64,000 nucleotides of DNA from a virus. Lineage: Duplodnaviria > Caudoviricetes. Below the pieces are notes generated by a model. It was not told where the DNA came from and ran no database searches. It saw only the letters and a list, made by a program, of their open reading frames with translations. The translations under genes and the position numbers were made by a program. This document shows positions 6,882-18,554 of the stretch, in pieces. Position 1 is the stretch's first letter, and the number at the start of each line of letters is the position of its first letter. The stretch spans positions 4,568 to 68,567 of IMG/VR virus record IMGVR_UViG_3300044253_000005; one strand, given 5' to 3'.

Positions 6882-9800
6882 CAGGGCCTCAGCCCGTACT
6901 CCATGAAATCCGAGACGGGTCGTCCGCTCAGCGGGACGAGCGTGGGCTTGGGCGGGGGCGCCGTCGGCTGTTCCTCGTCCATCGTGCCGGTCTCCAGCAG
7001 GCGTTCGACCTCGCCTTCGAGCTGCTCGGTGTCGATGCGCTCCAGCGCGTACAGGTTGCGCAGGTGCTCGTAGCGCGTCGGGCGCGGCGTCATGCGTGGT
7101 GGCGCGTGTCCCACCAGCGCGAGGCTAGTCGTCGTCGCGGCGCGGAGTGTAGGCCTCGATCACTTCCGCCTTCGCCAACTCGGCCGCGGCGTTGAGCATC
7201 CCCAGCTTGTCGGTGAGCAGCAGGCCGTCGGTGAAGCGCACGGCCATCCCCTGCGAGCCGTCGGACTCCAGCGTGCGGATCAGCGCGATCGCCTCCAGCG
7301 GCACGGCGTCGTCTTGCAGGTTGAGCGCGTCCAACCCGTAGATGTGCGGGCCACTTCCGCTCGCCGACGTGCTCACTCGACACAGACCGCAGAGCGCACG
7401 AACGGAGGCGGCCCGATCTTGCGCTCGATCGCGCGGCGGATGCGCCGGCTAGACCAGCGCGGGTGCTGCTGGCGCAAGCTCGCTTCGAGCGCAGCACAGC
7501 GCGCCAGGTGCTCAGCCTGCTCGGGTGGCACGCGGATCGTGGCCTTGCCCTGCTCGCGCACCGGGCTCGGTTCGGGCGCCGGCTCGACGACCTCGGAGTA
7601 GAGCCCCACGTCGCCCGCCTTGCAGCAGCCGTGCGCGCAGTCCTCCTCGCGTGGCGCGGGGAAGGCCTCGCGCGGCTCGGCCGTCGTGCCGCCGAAGGTG
7701 ATCGGCGGCCCAGGCTTGACGGTCGCGCGAACGTGCGCGAGCTGCTCGGCCGTCGTGCGGCTCAGCTCGCCGTTCACGCCGGCTGGAGAACGTAGCGGTA
7801 GCCGCGCGCCGGATCGCTGGCACGCTGGTGGCACAACGGCTGGCGGTGCAGGTGGTAGACCCGGAAGTGCGGATCGTGGTCGGGCAGCGGCAGCTCGCCG
7901 GCGTACAGCCGGACGGGCGTCTCGATCGCTTCGTAGAGCAGGTGCCCGTCGACCGGCACGACCAGCCCGTCGCGCGGGCCGCCGATCAGCTCTGCATAGG
8001 CGCGGTCCATACCAGAAAGGCTAGGCCGCCAGCGGACGGATCAGTGTCCTGCCGGCGGCCGGTGGCGCGCTTCGAGCTTCTGGACCTCGCGCAGGTATTC
8101 CGCGCAGACGATCGCCTCCTCGTCGCTGAGCGTCTCGTCGCGCTTCAGGGCCATGTGGATGACATCGTTGGGCGCGTCGCTCATGCGCACGTTGACCGCC
8201 GCGTTCGTGTCCTCGCTCTGCGGTGCCCGACCCACGACCTTCGGGTAGGTCACAGGTCGCCGATCTTGCGCAGCACGCACGCGCAGAGCGCCCATTCCTG
8301 CCCTTCCCAGTCGAGGCCTTCGCCGTTGCAGTCGGCGCAGTCCCAGTCGGCCAGATGGCCCGCGAGCTTCTCGACGATCGCCATGCGCTCGGTGCTCTCC
8401 TGGAGCACGTCGTCGGCCAGCTTCGCCGCCGGCGTCGGCTCAACGCCCGTCGCGTGCGCGATCGCGCGGCGCAGCGCGCGTGGCAGCCACGGATCGCCCG
8501 GTTCGTCCTGGGTAAAGGTGATCGTGAGGATCGGCCTACGGGAGAGCCGGCGCGCGATCGCCACCTTGCGCGCGCCCGCGGTGCTGACGATCGCCAACTC
8601 GCAGCGGTCGCAGTCCTCGTGCTCCTGTACGTCAGGGTTAGGCACGCTCGACTCCTTCCGAACGCGCGGGGCAACCTGTTTCATCGCACTCAGGCCCCTC
8701 GTCGTCGGGCTCTAGCGGGCCGCGACAAACGACGCAGCGACGTTCCTCGATGAGTTGTTCGCGTTCAGCCTCGATCAGCGCCAAGCGGTCGCTGTCGTTC
8801 TCTGGCGGGTTCACGGCGTAGGGCTCGATGCCTTCGTTGATTTGGCTCTGTACGTCAGACACGGCTTTCCCTTTCGCGACGCGTGGCTTGATCGGCGGCG
8901 GCGTCCTGCGGCTCAACGAAGTCTGCGCAGGCGCATCCCTCGACTATACAGCGGAAGGGCGTCTCGGGGTCCGTCAGATCGCCGTTGATCGCATCGTCCA
9001 GGCGGTGATCGTCGGAGCTGTGACCGCAGTTCAGACACCGCTTCCGCCACCCCTCTACGTCGTAGGGCGTGTGGGGGGTCACTCGTTCTCCCCCACCGCG
9101 ACCATCCGCTCGAGCAGCTCCAGCGCCGACCCCTTGATCGCGGTCGTCGTCGGCTCGAACCGCTCACGCCACTTCTCCAGGATCGCGGCCTTGACGCTAG
9201 GTGGCATCGACAAGCTCCTCCAGGAAGTCGCTCTCGGCGATCATCTCGCGCATACGGGCCGCCTCCGTCTCGCTGTGAACGCGGACCTCCTTCGTGCGCA
9301 GCTCGCGGCCGAGCGCGGCGTCGTCGCCGCACTCCACAATCCGCACGCCGCCGATCGCGTACTCGCCGGGGGCGACCTTCTCCGGGTCGATGATGATGCG
9401 CACCAGGCGCGTGCTCACAGCTCCTCCACGCGCAGCTCGAATGCGGCGGCCGTCGAGATCAACGCGGTCTCCTCCTCAACGACCGCCAGCGCGCGCTGGC
9501 CGAGCGCGTGGAAGTCATCGCCGTCGAGGTCCTCCAGCGCCGGCGCGAGCAGCACGAAGACGATCTCCGACTTCGGGTCCAGGTACGGGACCTCGGACGG
9601 TTGCAGCTCGTCGGGCCACCCCTCGATCGGGAGGTCCTTCTGCATACCCCCGAACATCGACAGCACGCCGAGCTTGTTGCCGACGGTCATGGCGGGTCCA
9701 ACGCGCACGGCTACCGGGTGACGGTTGGCCGCCCACTTGGCGACCTCCGGTCCACGCACTGCGACTTCGACTTTGATCTGGCCGTGACGCTTCATACCAG

Positions 9801-10477
9801 CCACCCTACGCCACGCCGGCGTCGCCACGGTGCCATCACTTGCCCGCCTGCCAGAACAGCCACAGCGCCACGAGCAGCAGCACCAGCGACGCCGCGTCGC
9901 TCACGGCTGCGCCAGCTCCCAGCCCAGCATCAGCGTGTGCGCCGCGAGCCCCTTCATCGCCGCGAGCAGTCGATCGTCGATGTCCTCGGCGTGCTCGATC
10001 ACCCCGTCGCGCACCAGGCCGGCAAGATGGGCCGCGACAAGCTGGGAGATCGTGTGCTCGACCTTGCGCGCGTCCACGTCCATGCCCGCGTAGGTGAGCA
10101 GCACGCGCGGGTCGTCGTGCTCCAGCTCGACCGCCGGCACGTCCTCGCCGTCGAAGATGCCGGTGCGCTCGAAGCGGGCCTCCACGCGCTCCAGCGCGGC
10201 GTCCAGGTCGTAGCTCATCCGGGCAGCCTCAGCGAGCAGAACCAGCCGAAGCTCTCGCCCCACGCGCTCACTCGGCGACCTCTACGAACACGCCGCGCTG
10301 CTCGGTGCGCACGAACGTGCGGTAGTCCGCCTTGATCTTCGTGGGCCAGCCGCCGTAGGTGTGAACGTGGCCGTAGCGCTCGCCGTTCACACCGACCAGC
10401 TCGGCGCGATCGTCCAGCTTCTCGCACAGGCTCAGCGGGAGCGCCTCGCGGCAATCGAGAGCGAGCGCGGGCATCAC
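6881..10477 (-). other. About 13 small, tightly packed hypothetical ORFs between terL and terS (e.g. 6881-7114, 7125-7376, 7774-8010, 8250-8684, 8638-8916, 8855-9082, 9197-9418, 9415-9828, 9901-10263, 10268-10477)
   Basis: Frequent ATGA/GTGA overlaps, GC3-rich frames, several CxxC pairs. Confidence 0.6.
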
Positions 10478-11130
10478 TCCTCCACGCTCGTCGCGTCGAC
10501 GACTTCCTCGTCGTCCTCCTCGGCCAGGATCGCGGCGATGCGCTGCCGGCGGTCGAGCGGGATCTGGACCGGCTGCTTGCCGGCGAGCAGCTCCTCCAGG
10601 CCTTCGCTCATGTCGTGTTCGATCAGCTTGGCGTCGCGTTTGCCGAACTCGTTGGGGAACATCCGCTCAAGCAGGAAGGCCGCCGCCTTCCAGTCCTTGG
10701 CGGTGGCGGCGGTGATCCGACCGACGAGCAGGACCTTGTGCCCAGCTCGCGCGAGCGCGCAAGCGGCTGCGAACTCCGACAACTCGTTCTCCACACCCTC
10801 GTCCAGGAAGGCTCGGCCTTCGCGCAGCCACTGGGCCAGCGTCGACTCGCCGATCCCCGCGTGGGCCGCTGCATCCTTCTGCCACACGCCCGCTTTGAGC
10901 GCGTCCAGCACGTCCTTCTTCACGTCGTCCGTCAAGCCGTGCGGCCGGTGCGCGTCGCCCGTGTGGCTCGCGCAGTATTCGCTGCCGACCTTCGCCTTGC
11001 GCGTGCAGCGTTCTCCGTTCTTCTTCCGGCCCACGCAGAACGGGCGCAGCTCGCGCTTGGCTTTGGCGACCTTCTTCGTCCGCTCGGGCCGTGGCTTCTT
11101 CGTGCGCAGGTCGACGACGTTGCTGGTCAT
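10474..11130 (-). CDS. terS: Terminase small subunit-like protein (Zn finger + HTH)
   Basis: C-x8-C-x9-C-x2-H knuckle; HTH GVWQKDAAAHAGIGESTLAQWLREG; DWKAAAFLLERMFPNEFG motif typical of TerS-like proteins. Confidence 0.7.
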   Translation of the reverse strand: MTSNVVDLRTKKPRPERTKKVAKAKRELRPFCVGRKKNGERCTRKAKVGSEYCASHTGDAHRPHGLTDDVKKDVLDALKAGVWQKDAAAHAGIGESTLAQWLREGRAFLDEGVENELSEFAAACALARAGHKVLLVGRITAATAKDWKAAAFLLERMFPNEFGKRDAKLIEHDMSEGLEELLAGKQPVQIPLDRRQRIAAILAEEDDEEVVDATSVEE

Positions 11131-11423
11131 CCGATCGCGTCCTGTAGATCATCGGCAGATACCGCTTCGCGGGTCTCCGGTTCAGCCGATGGCTGCTTGC
11201 GGTGCTGCGCCGCGTTCGGGCACGTGGCGAAGTGCGAGACGTGACGCATGACGCCGGGGTCCGGCGTGACGTAGGCGGCGATCGGCGTGCCGGTGCTCGA
11301 CTCCTGCTCGCGCGTGAGCATGATGTTGCCGCCCTCGACGGGCTCGGGGTCGACGGGCATCCGCTTGCCGGCTTCGGTAAGCACCCACGTGACGGGAGCG
11401 TTGCAGCTACGGCAGCGGCTCAT
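11127..11423 (-). CDS. Conserved phage zinc-binding protein
   Basis: CRSCNAPVTW..TEAGKRMPVDPEP..GGN..HVSHFATCP pattern of a widespread phage family. Confidence 0.65.
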   Translation of the reverse strand: MSRCRSCNAPVTWVLTEAGKRMPVDPEPVEGGNIMLTREQESSTGTPIAAYVTPDPGVMRHVSHFATCPNAAQHRKQPSAEPETREAVSADDLQDAIG

Positions 11424-12839
11424 GGCGTTACGCGATCCTCCAGAACGCCACGGCCTTCTTTGACCGCGCAGAGCACTCGACCCACCACGGATGTTCGACC
11501 CCGCGAATCTTGCAGGCGATCTCGTCCAGCTCGCGCATCAGCACTCGCGTAACCTGAGTAGCGACGACGATTTCCTCGTCTATGTACTCGCCGTGATCCC
11601 GCGCAAAGGCGACCGCGTCCTCCGGTGTCGCTGCACAAAGACCGTTCACGTACACCGGCGGGTCGCCGTCTTCGCCTAGCAGAATGCTGGGTAGCAGGTC
11701 AGCCATCATCCCTCCAGCCTGGGCGCGCCTGGCGCACTGGCGCCGGCGGCGGCTTGCCCTCAAGCGCGCGCTTGGCGCGCACCTGCATCCTCGCCGTCCA
11801 CGCTTCCCAGTCGACGGCCAGGAAGTCGCTCGCCGCTACGGCTTCGGCCAGCTCGACCAGCGGCGCGACCTCGGACTCGGGGATCATCGCCACCTGCTCG
11901 ACCGCCTCGCCGCACTCGAAGCACTCCTCCCGCTCGCCGTGGAGTCCGTGCGTCTTGCATCGCGCGACGTTCACGACCGAGAGCGCCATCAGTCGACCTC
12001 CTCGCCCCAGTCTTCGGCGCAGTGATCGTGGACCCACAGATCATCGACCTTGACGATCGGTTCCTCCTCGACGATCGCGCAGCCGCAGAGCGGGCACTCG
12101 GTCTCGTAGGTGGCGGGGATCGGCTTCATGCGTAGTCCACGATGCCAGAGCGCTGCTCGACGAAGCGACGCAGGTTGAAGAAGCGCGCGGTCCGCTCGTC
12201 AACGTCCAGCCGGACCGCGAGGACCCGGCCGTCCTCGCGGATCTCCGCGGCGAGGATGCGCGCCGTCCCGAACTGCTCGCCCTCGTGGATGAGCGAGACC
12301 GTGTCGCCGACGATGCCGTCGGCGCTCCCCTGGGGCGCGCCATCGCGTCGGCCGAGACCGGGCGGAACAGCGGGCACGTGACGAAGTGCTCGATCCCGAC
12401 GCGCACGTCCTCGCCCTCGGCCGGCGTCATCCCGACGACGCGCGGGTGCCGGCACGTGCAGCCCTGCTCGGCCGCGTTGCGGAGCGCCTGGTCCTTGATC
12501 CAGGAAGGCACGGCGGTCATTGGAGCTGGACCCGGATCTCGATCGTCTCTGGCTTCACGTCGCGCAGAGCCTCGGCGATCAGCTCGTAGGAGCGCTTCAT
12601 CACAGCCCACAGGTCCATCGGATCTACGTCCACGAACGCGGCGCGTGAGAGCATGATGTTGACCTCGTCGAAGTGCTCGCGAGTCGCCAGTACGCCAGGT
12701 GTGACCTGTGCCTGCTCTGCTAGGCGGCGATCAACACACCAGCCAGCTACGTCCGGGCCGGCGACGCGCGCGAGGACCTCGACGCGCTCAGGCCACGCGC
12801 GGACGCGACGGCCGGGGCCCACTCCATGCACGCCGGCGC

Positions 12840-13052
12840 TCACGGGTAGGCCTCGCGGATCTCTGCGGCGTGCGCGATCGACGCCGGCGACGGGTGCTGC
12901 CACATCGTCGATGCGCCGGGGATGCAAGCGCAGCACAGGTCGGCCTCGACCCACAGGCAGGCGTCGTCGATCTGGCCCGTCTGTGGGTCGTGGACCACGC
13001 AGGCGTTGTCCTCGGTGCAGCCACACACGCGGCAGGTGCGCACGGTCGTCAT
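12840..13052 (-). CDS. Cys-rich phage protein
   Basis: CRVCGCTEDNAC...CLWVEADLCCAC, a recurrent phage motif. Confidence 0.6.
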   Translation of the reverse strand: MTTVRTCRVCGCTEDNACVVHDPQTGQIDDACLWVEADLCCACIPGASTMWQHPSPASIAHAAEIREAYP

Positions 13053-13344
13053 CGCGTTCCCTTCGGTCGAGGTCTGACGCCGCGCTTGGCCTGGTGAGAG
13101 AGCGGCTCGCCGCCGCGGCGCAGGTGCGGCGAGATCTTCCTCGGCTGAGGAATGCGTGCGATCACCTTCGACATGCCGACGAACCTGAAGACGGTGTTGT
13201 CGCGTTTGCGCCCGTCGAGCGGCTTGTAGCGCGCGACCTGGCCGGTCGGGACGCCGTGGCCCTCGACGTTGAGCGGCGTGTTGCGGTCGCGCACGTCGAC
13301 GGTGACGCCGGCGGCGGGGCCTCCCTGAAGCACGACGGCGGGCA

Positions 13345-13593
13345 TCAGAACGGCACCGGTGCCGCGTAGCGGTCGCTCTCAGCGTCGTGGACGATGGCGC
13401 CAAGCTCGACGAGCTCGCGCAGGCGCTCGTCGTGGACATCGTTCACCGTCGAGCCATACTTGTCGGCGATCTGCTTGCTCGTGACGCCGTGCTCGCGCGC
13501 CCACAGGCTCGCGTCGCCGGTGTGCGAGTACGGCACGAGCGCGAGCGCGACGATCGCGTTGAATGCGGCTTGGGTGTCCGGCGCGATCGTCAT
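13345..13593 (-). CDS. Probable winged-HTH DNA-binding protein
   Basis: GVTSKQIADKYG...VHDERLRELVELGAIVHDAESDRY. Confidence 0.5.
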   Translation of the reverse strand: MTIAPDTQAAFNAIVALALVPYSHTGDASLWAREHGVTSKQIADKYGSTVNDVHDERLRELVELGAIVHDAESDRYAAPVPF

Positions 13594-16031
13594 GCGAACA
13601 GCGGCTGCTGGGCGCCGGGGTTGACGGGGTCGACCTCGCGGAGCTCGCGCAGGTTGGGCGCGTGGGTGAGCGAGACCATCGAGTAGCAGCCGCGTTCCTT
13701 GCCGCGCAGGTAGACGTGGCCGGCGGATTTGCCGTCCCACTGATACCAGTGGATCTCCTCGTCGAGGCGCGGCACGTCCTCCGGCTCGTTGAGGATGTCG
13801 GCGGTGCCGTCGAGCGCGCGCACACAGCGCACAACGCGCGGGCAGCGAGAGACGGTGAAGCTCGCGCCGGCGAGCGGGCCGTCGGCGCAGGAGACGAGCA
13901 GGCTCACGGCTTCGCCTCCTTTCGTGCCTCGGCCTCACGGCGCGCGGCCTCGACCGCGGCGTTGGCGGCCGCCATGCGCTTGAGCGCCTCCGGCCTGGCG
14001 GGTTCGCCGCAGTGCGGGCAGACGGTGAGGCTCACGAGCGCAGCGCCTTCCAGATCGCGTAGGCCGTCAGCAGCCAGCCGCCGATCAGCTCGTGCGTCGG
14101 CGGGAGCGTGCGCAGCATTCGGAGCTTCATCTTCGGCTGCCCCGGCACGTTGGGCAGCAGCTCGATGTTGGCGAACCAGTAGCGACCTGTCCGGCTCTGC
14201 TCGTTGGTCATCACCACGTCGCCGATGACGCCGAGGGCCCTCGCGTTGCGACTGGGCGGCGGCCACTCGCTCGGGATCGCTACTCGTTTGTAGCCGTCGT
14301 AGGGCATGGCCTACAGGCTACGCCTCGGCCCGCTGGCATCGGTGTCCGTCGACTCGCGCGCTAGCTCGGCGCCGGCAGCGTCGAAGCGATCGAGCGTGCG
14401 TTTGCACTGAGCGACGGTCAGCGAGTAGGTCTTCGTGCCGTCGGCGTTGTGGGCGAGCACGCGCGGACGGATGCCGAGCGCGGCCGCCGAGCGGCCGACG
14501 ATCGTGGCGCAGGGGTCGGCGCCGGCGTGGCCCTTCTCCTGCGCGGCGGCGAGCTGCTTGCGCAGGTGGGTGATGATCTCGGGCTCGGCCATCAGCTCCG
14601 CGCTCACGCTTCGCGCTCGAAGGTCCACTTGCCGGCCTCATCGTCCCAGCGTTCCCCCCTATGCGTCGCCCCCATCTGGCGCTCCAGCAGCTTGACGCGA
14701 TCGCGCAGCTTCGACAGCTCGACGCGATCGCCGACGACCTCTCGCCAGTAGCTGATCCGGCGCGGGTCCTTCATGCACTTCGAGCACGAGCAGCCCAGGT
14801 AGGGACCGATCAGCTTGTGGCGCAGGCCCCACAGCTTCAGCAGCGGCGACCACGAGTAGTAGATGCCGCCCTGCCACTGATCGGTCGCCGGGCCCCAGGA
14901 GCCGAGCAGATGCGAGAGCTTGTCGTCGTTGAAGCCGGGGCGCTCGTGCGGGTTGAGATCGTCGGGCCACTGCACCGGCGGGTCGTCCATCGCGGCGTAG
15001 TGGCGCGCCTCGCGCCAAGCGCTCCAGCGCGCCCCGCGCCACGGGCGCGCGAGCGCGTCGCGGATCAGCATGTGCGCGATCGTGCCCCAGACGGACCGGC
15101 GCAGCTCGGGCGTCTCCAGGCCGGGAAGCGCGCTCACTGAATCCCCAGCTTCTTCGCGACCGCGACGCCGAGCTTCTGCCCGAGCGCACGGCGCTGGTGT
15201 TCGCGCAGATCCCTCGCACGATCGGGATCGGGCTCTCGGAGATCCGGTGCGTCGTAGCGCAGAAGCTCACCATCAACCTGAACTTGAGCTTTCAGCGTCA
15301 GCCGCCCGTCGACCTCCTCCGCGGAGTGCTCGGGCTCGGAGACCAGGTGCCAGCCAGCCTTGCGGAGCTCGTCGAGCAGCACCGTGGCGTTCGGCTGCTC
15401 GCACTTCTCCCGCGCGGCGTCGAGCGCGCGGCCGAGGACTCTCCACGGCGCGGTCTTCACAGGCGCTTCGCCTCCCTCGGTCAGCTTGCCGTCGACCGCC
15501 AGGCCGAGGTCATGCAGCCGGCGCGCCATGCGCCCGCCGGCGCCGCGGCGCGAGACCGTCACGATGCCCATCGTGCCGTGGCCGTGGTGCTCGTAGTAGT
15601 CGAAGCACGAGGTCCGGTCGACGTTGCCGGCGTGGTGCTCGGTGAGCCAGCGCACGCACATGATCGTCGCGGCAGTGTGGACGGGCGCGCTCACGATCGC
15701 TTGCGCTCCTGGAGCCACGCCATCGTGGCGTCGTGGTCAGCCTGGTGCTTCTCGCTCAGCGCCTGACGCCCCTCGACGATCAGCCGGCGGCCGTCGTGCT
15801 CCTCCCATTCGGCTCGCAGCTCGGCGAGCTTCGCCTCCAGCTCGGGCGTCGGCTCGGCCCCACGCGGGTCGAGGAAGCCGAAGTGCCCGCCGCAGTCCAG
15901 GCAATAGAACTCAGCCTGGCTGAAGACCATCGTCGAGATCAGCGGCGTGTCGAGCTCGCAGCGCGGACAGCAAGCGATCGGTGGCGTCTTGCGCCCGATC
16001 AGGTCGAGTCCCTTGGCTACGTCGAGGTTGC

Positions 16032-16238
16032 TCATCGTCCCTCCGCGGCCGCGATGCAGGCGTCGCGCGCCTTCGAGTAGCGCTCGCCCAGGATGCCCTC
16101 GGTCGACCTGTAGGCGCCCCACAGCTCGTCGCGCAGCGGCTTCGGCACCATGAACCAGTGCGGTCGGCACATCAGCAGCGAGCGGTCGTGCTGGTTGGTG
16201 CAGCCCTCCACGGGGCACTCTCGCGTCGACGCGCTCAT
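16032..16238 (-). CDS. Conserved phage zinc-binding protein
   Basis: CPVEGC...LLMCRPHWFMVPKPLRDELWGAY family pattern. Confidence 0.6.
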   Translation of the reverse strand: MSASTRECPVEGCTNQHDRSLLMCRPHWFMVPKPLRDELWGAYRSTEGILGERYSKARDACIAAAEGR

Positions 16239-17331
16239 GGCTGCTTTACCTCGGCCGCGATCGTCGCCTGGTCCTCGGGGATCGTCAGCTCGGCGATCAC
16301 CTGGCCGGCGCGCTCGAACAGGGCATCCGGGATATCCAGCTCGATCCCGAAGGCGACCGTCGGCAGTGCGTGACGGTCGACCGTGCCGTCGTAGATCGGC
16401 TCGTCGCTCGGACGCTGCGTGACCGCGAATCGCGGCTGGCGCCCGCGCGCGGTGCGCGCGTTCTCGTCGATCGCGACGCGCAAGTAGACGGTGGCCTTCA
16501 CGATCCCTCCTCGGTAGACGACGGGTAGGTGTCCTCGTCGGTCTCGCTCGCGGGGTCGCGCCATTCGAGGGCGGCCTCGTAGCGCCAGTCGACAGTCTTG
16601 CGGTCGGCGTTCATCGCGATCTTCTGGCTGAAGCGGATCGAGCGGATGACCTGGTTGGGTTTCAGGTGAAGATCGACCGAGGGCTGCTCGCCGAGGGGCA
16701 CGCGCTTGACCTCGCCCTCGATCCGGCTCACCTGCACGAGCGTCATCGCGCCAGCCTCAGCGGTCGCAGACGACCACGCACGCGACGCGGCACCGGCTTG
16801 CGCTGCCGATACCGAGCCGCGCGCTTCTCCTTCACTTCGGGCGGGAACGCGCGAGGCATCGAGCGCAGGGCGCTCGGCTCCTCGACGATCTCACCGCGGC
16901 GACCGCGGGGCACGAGCTAGGAGCCGGTGCCGATGTCGACGGCGCCCGTCGACGGCGCCGCGGCTGCCGGGAAGCTGTCGGCGATGTGCTTGACGAGCTG
17001 GTCGCGGAAGGCGTCGACCGCGGCGGCGACACGCGCCTCCAGGTTCTCGCCGAGCGCCTCGACGCGCGCCAGGCGCGTGACGCCGGACACATCGCCCTGC
17101 TGGTTGAGCGCCAGGCTAAAGCGCAGGTCGTTGCCGACGCGGTTGATCCGCAGCGCGGCGACCTGGCCGTCGGTGCTCGGGGTCTTCGGTGTGGATGAGG
17201 CCTCCATCAGTGTCTCCTTCGGGTGGTGATCGAGTAGTGGGCGACGACATTACCAGCCACTCGGACGGACAGGTTTCCACTCTCGCCCAGTGGTAGCCTC
17301 GGCGCAAATCCCAAGCTCGAAGGAGGCCGTA

Positions 17332-18150
17332 ATGTCCGTCGATTTGTCAGTCCTTGCGCAGCGCACGCTAACCCGTGGTGGGTGGCGGCCCGACTCGCCC
17401 GACCATCGTGATCGGATCTTCAACAACGAGGAGGTCGTGCTCCGCGACGAGTCGCTGCCGCTGAAGTTCGGCATCGCCAAGTTGCCGGCGATCTTCAACC
17501 AGCTCGAACTGGGGAGCTGCACGGCGAACGCGATCGTGCGCGCGCTGATGACGCTCGGGCTCAGCCAGGGCGAGGCCGAAGTGATGCTCTCGCGGCTGTT
17601 CGTCTACTTCAACGAGCGCGTCATGGAGGGCACGGTCAAGGAAGACGCCGGCGCCGAGATCCGCGACGGGATCAAGTCGGTCGCCACGCTTGGCGCGCCC
17701 CCGGAGAGCGAGTGTCCCTACGACATTGCGAAGTTCAAGAGCAAACCGTCGGCGAAGGCCTACGCCGACGCGAAGAAGCACCTGGCGATCAAATACCAGC
17801 GCGTCCTGCCGGGCGGCGCCGGCTCGCCGATCCGCACGCCGATCTACCACGGCTTCCCGGTCGTGTTCGGCTTCAGCGTGCCGGCGAAATTCGAGGACGG
17901 GAGCTGGGACCCCACGAAGGAGTACCTGCCACTGCCTGGGTCCGACGAGGGGTTCATCGGCGGGCACGCGGTCGCCGCAACCGGGTGGGACTTCTCGCTC
18001 AAGCGCTTCAAGGTGCCGGTCTTCCAGATCGACAACTCCTGGGGCGAGGACTGGGGCATCGACGGGCGCTTCTGGATCGACGCGCGCTATCTCAACCAGC
18101 CGGCGCTCAACCTGTCGAGCGACTTCTGGGTCGTGTCGGCGGTCTCGTGA
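17332..18150 (+). CDS. Papain-like cysteine peptidase (C1A, xylellain-like)
   Basis: NQLELGSCTANA (Gln, Cys), GGHAVAATGW (His), IDNSWGEDWG (Asn); SD AAGGAGG before the ATG at 17332. Confidence 0.92.
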   Translation: MSVDLSVLAQRTLTRGGWRPDSPDHRDRIFNNEEVVLRDESLPLKFGIAKLPAIFNQLELGSCTANAIVRALMTLGLSQGEAEVMLSRLFVYFNERVMEGTVKEDAGAEIRDGIKSVATLGAPPESECPYDIAKFKSKPSAKAYADAKKHLAIKYQRVLPGGAGSPIRTPIYHGFPVVFGFSVPAKFEDGSWDPTKEYLPLPGSDEGFIGGHAVAATGWDFSLKRFKVPVFQIDNSWGEDWGIDGRFWIDARYLNQPALNLSSDFWVVSAVS

Positions 18151-18554
18151 TCCCGAAGGTCGAGGAGCTGAAGCGCTGTAGCCGCTGCGAGCGGGAGAAG
18201 CCGCTCGCAGCGTTCTACGTCATCCAATCGCGGGGCAAGCCGTGGCGGATGGCGAAGTGCGCCGAATGCGTCAGCGAGCTGGCGAAGGACTGGGCCAAGC
18301 GCAACCCGGCGAAGAAGGCCGCAGCCGACGCGCGCTATGCGCGTCGGCGTCGCTCGAAGCGCCGACCCACAACCTACGGACTCGGTGAGTTCGAGTTTGC
18401 TGTGCTGGAGGCGGCATCAGGCGGTCTTTGCGCCATCTGCCGCACCTTCGTGGGGCAACGGCGATGTCGAGGCGATCGCGGAGTCGATTCGCGCGCACGG
18501 CCAGTACCGCGCGATGGTCGTAAACAAGCGCACGATGCAGGTGCTGGCCGGTAA
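18147..18554 (+). pseudogene. Truncated endonuclease VII-like protein
   Basis: CSRC..KPLAAF..CAEC...YGL..EF..L....GGLCAIC, then loses similarity; no DHxH catalytic motif. Confidence 0.6.

Larger units (their letters stand above)
11428..17207 (-). other. Accessory region of about 20 small hypothetical ORFs, many Cys-rich
   Basis: Overlapping start/stop codons and consistent minus-strand coding (e.g. 11699-12037, 13049-13345, 13590-13907, 14032-14307, 14604-15137, 15134-15718, 16235-16564, 16498-16746, 16917-17207). Confidence 0.6.

Noticed and set aside
18337-18456. ORF-track start at 18337 for the ParB-like gene
   Set aside because: The upstream segment is the alternate frame of the EndoVII remnant, with no SD or domain similarity
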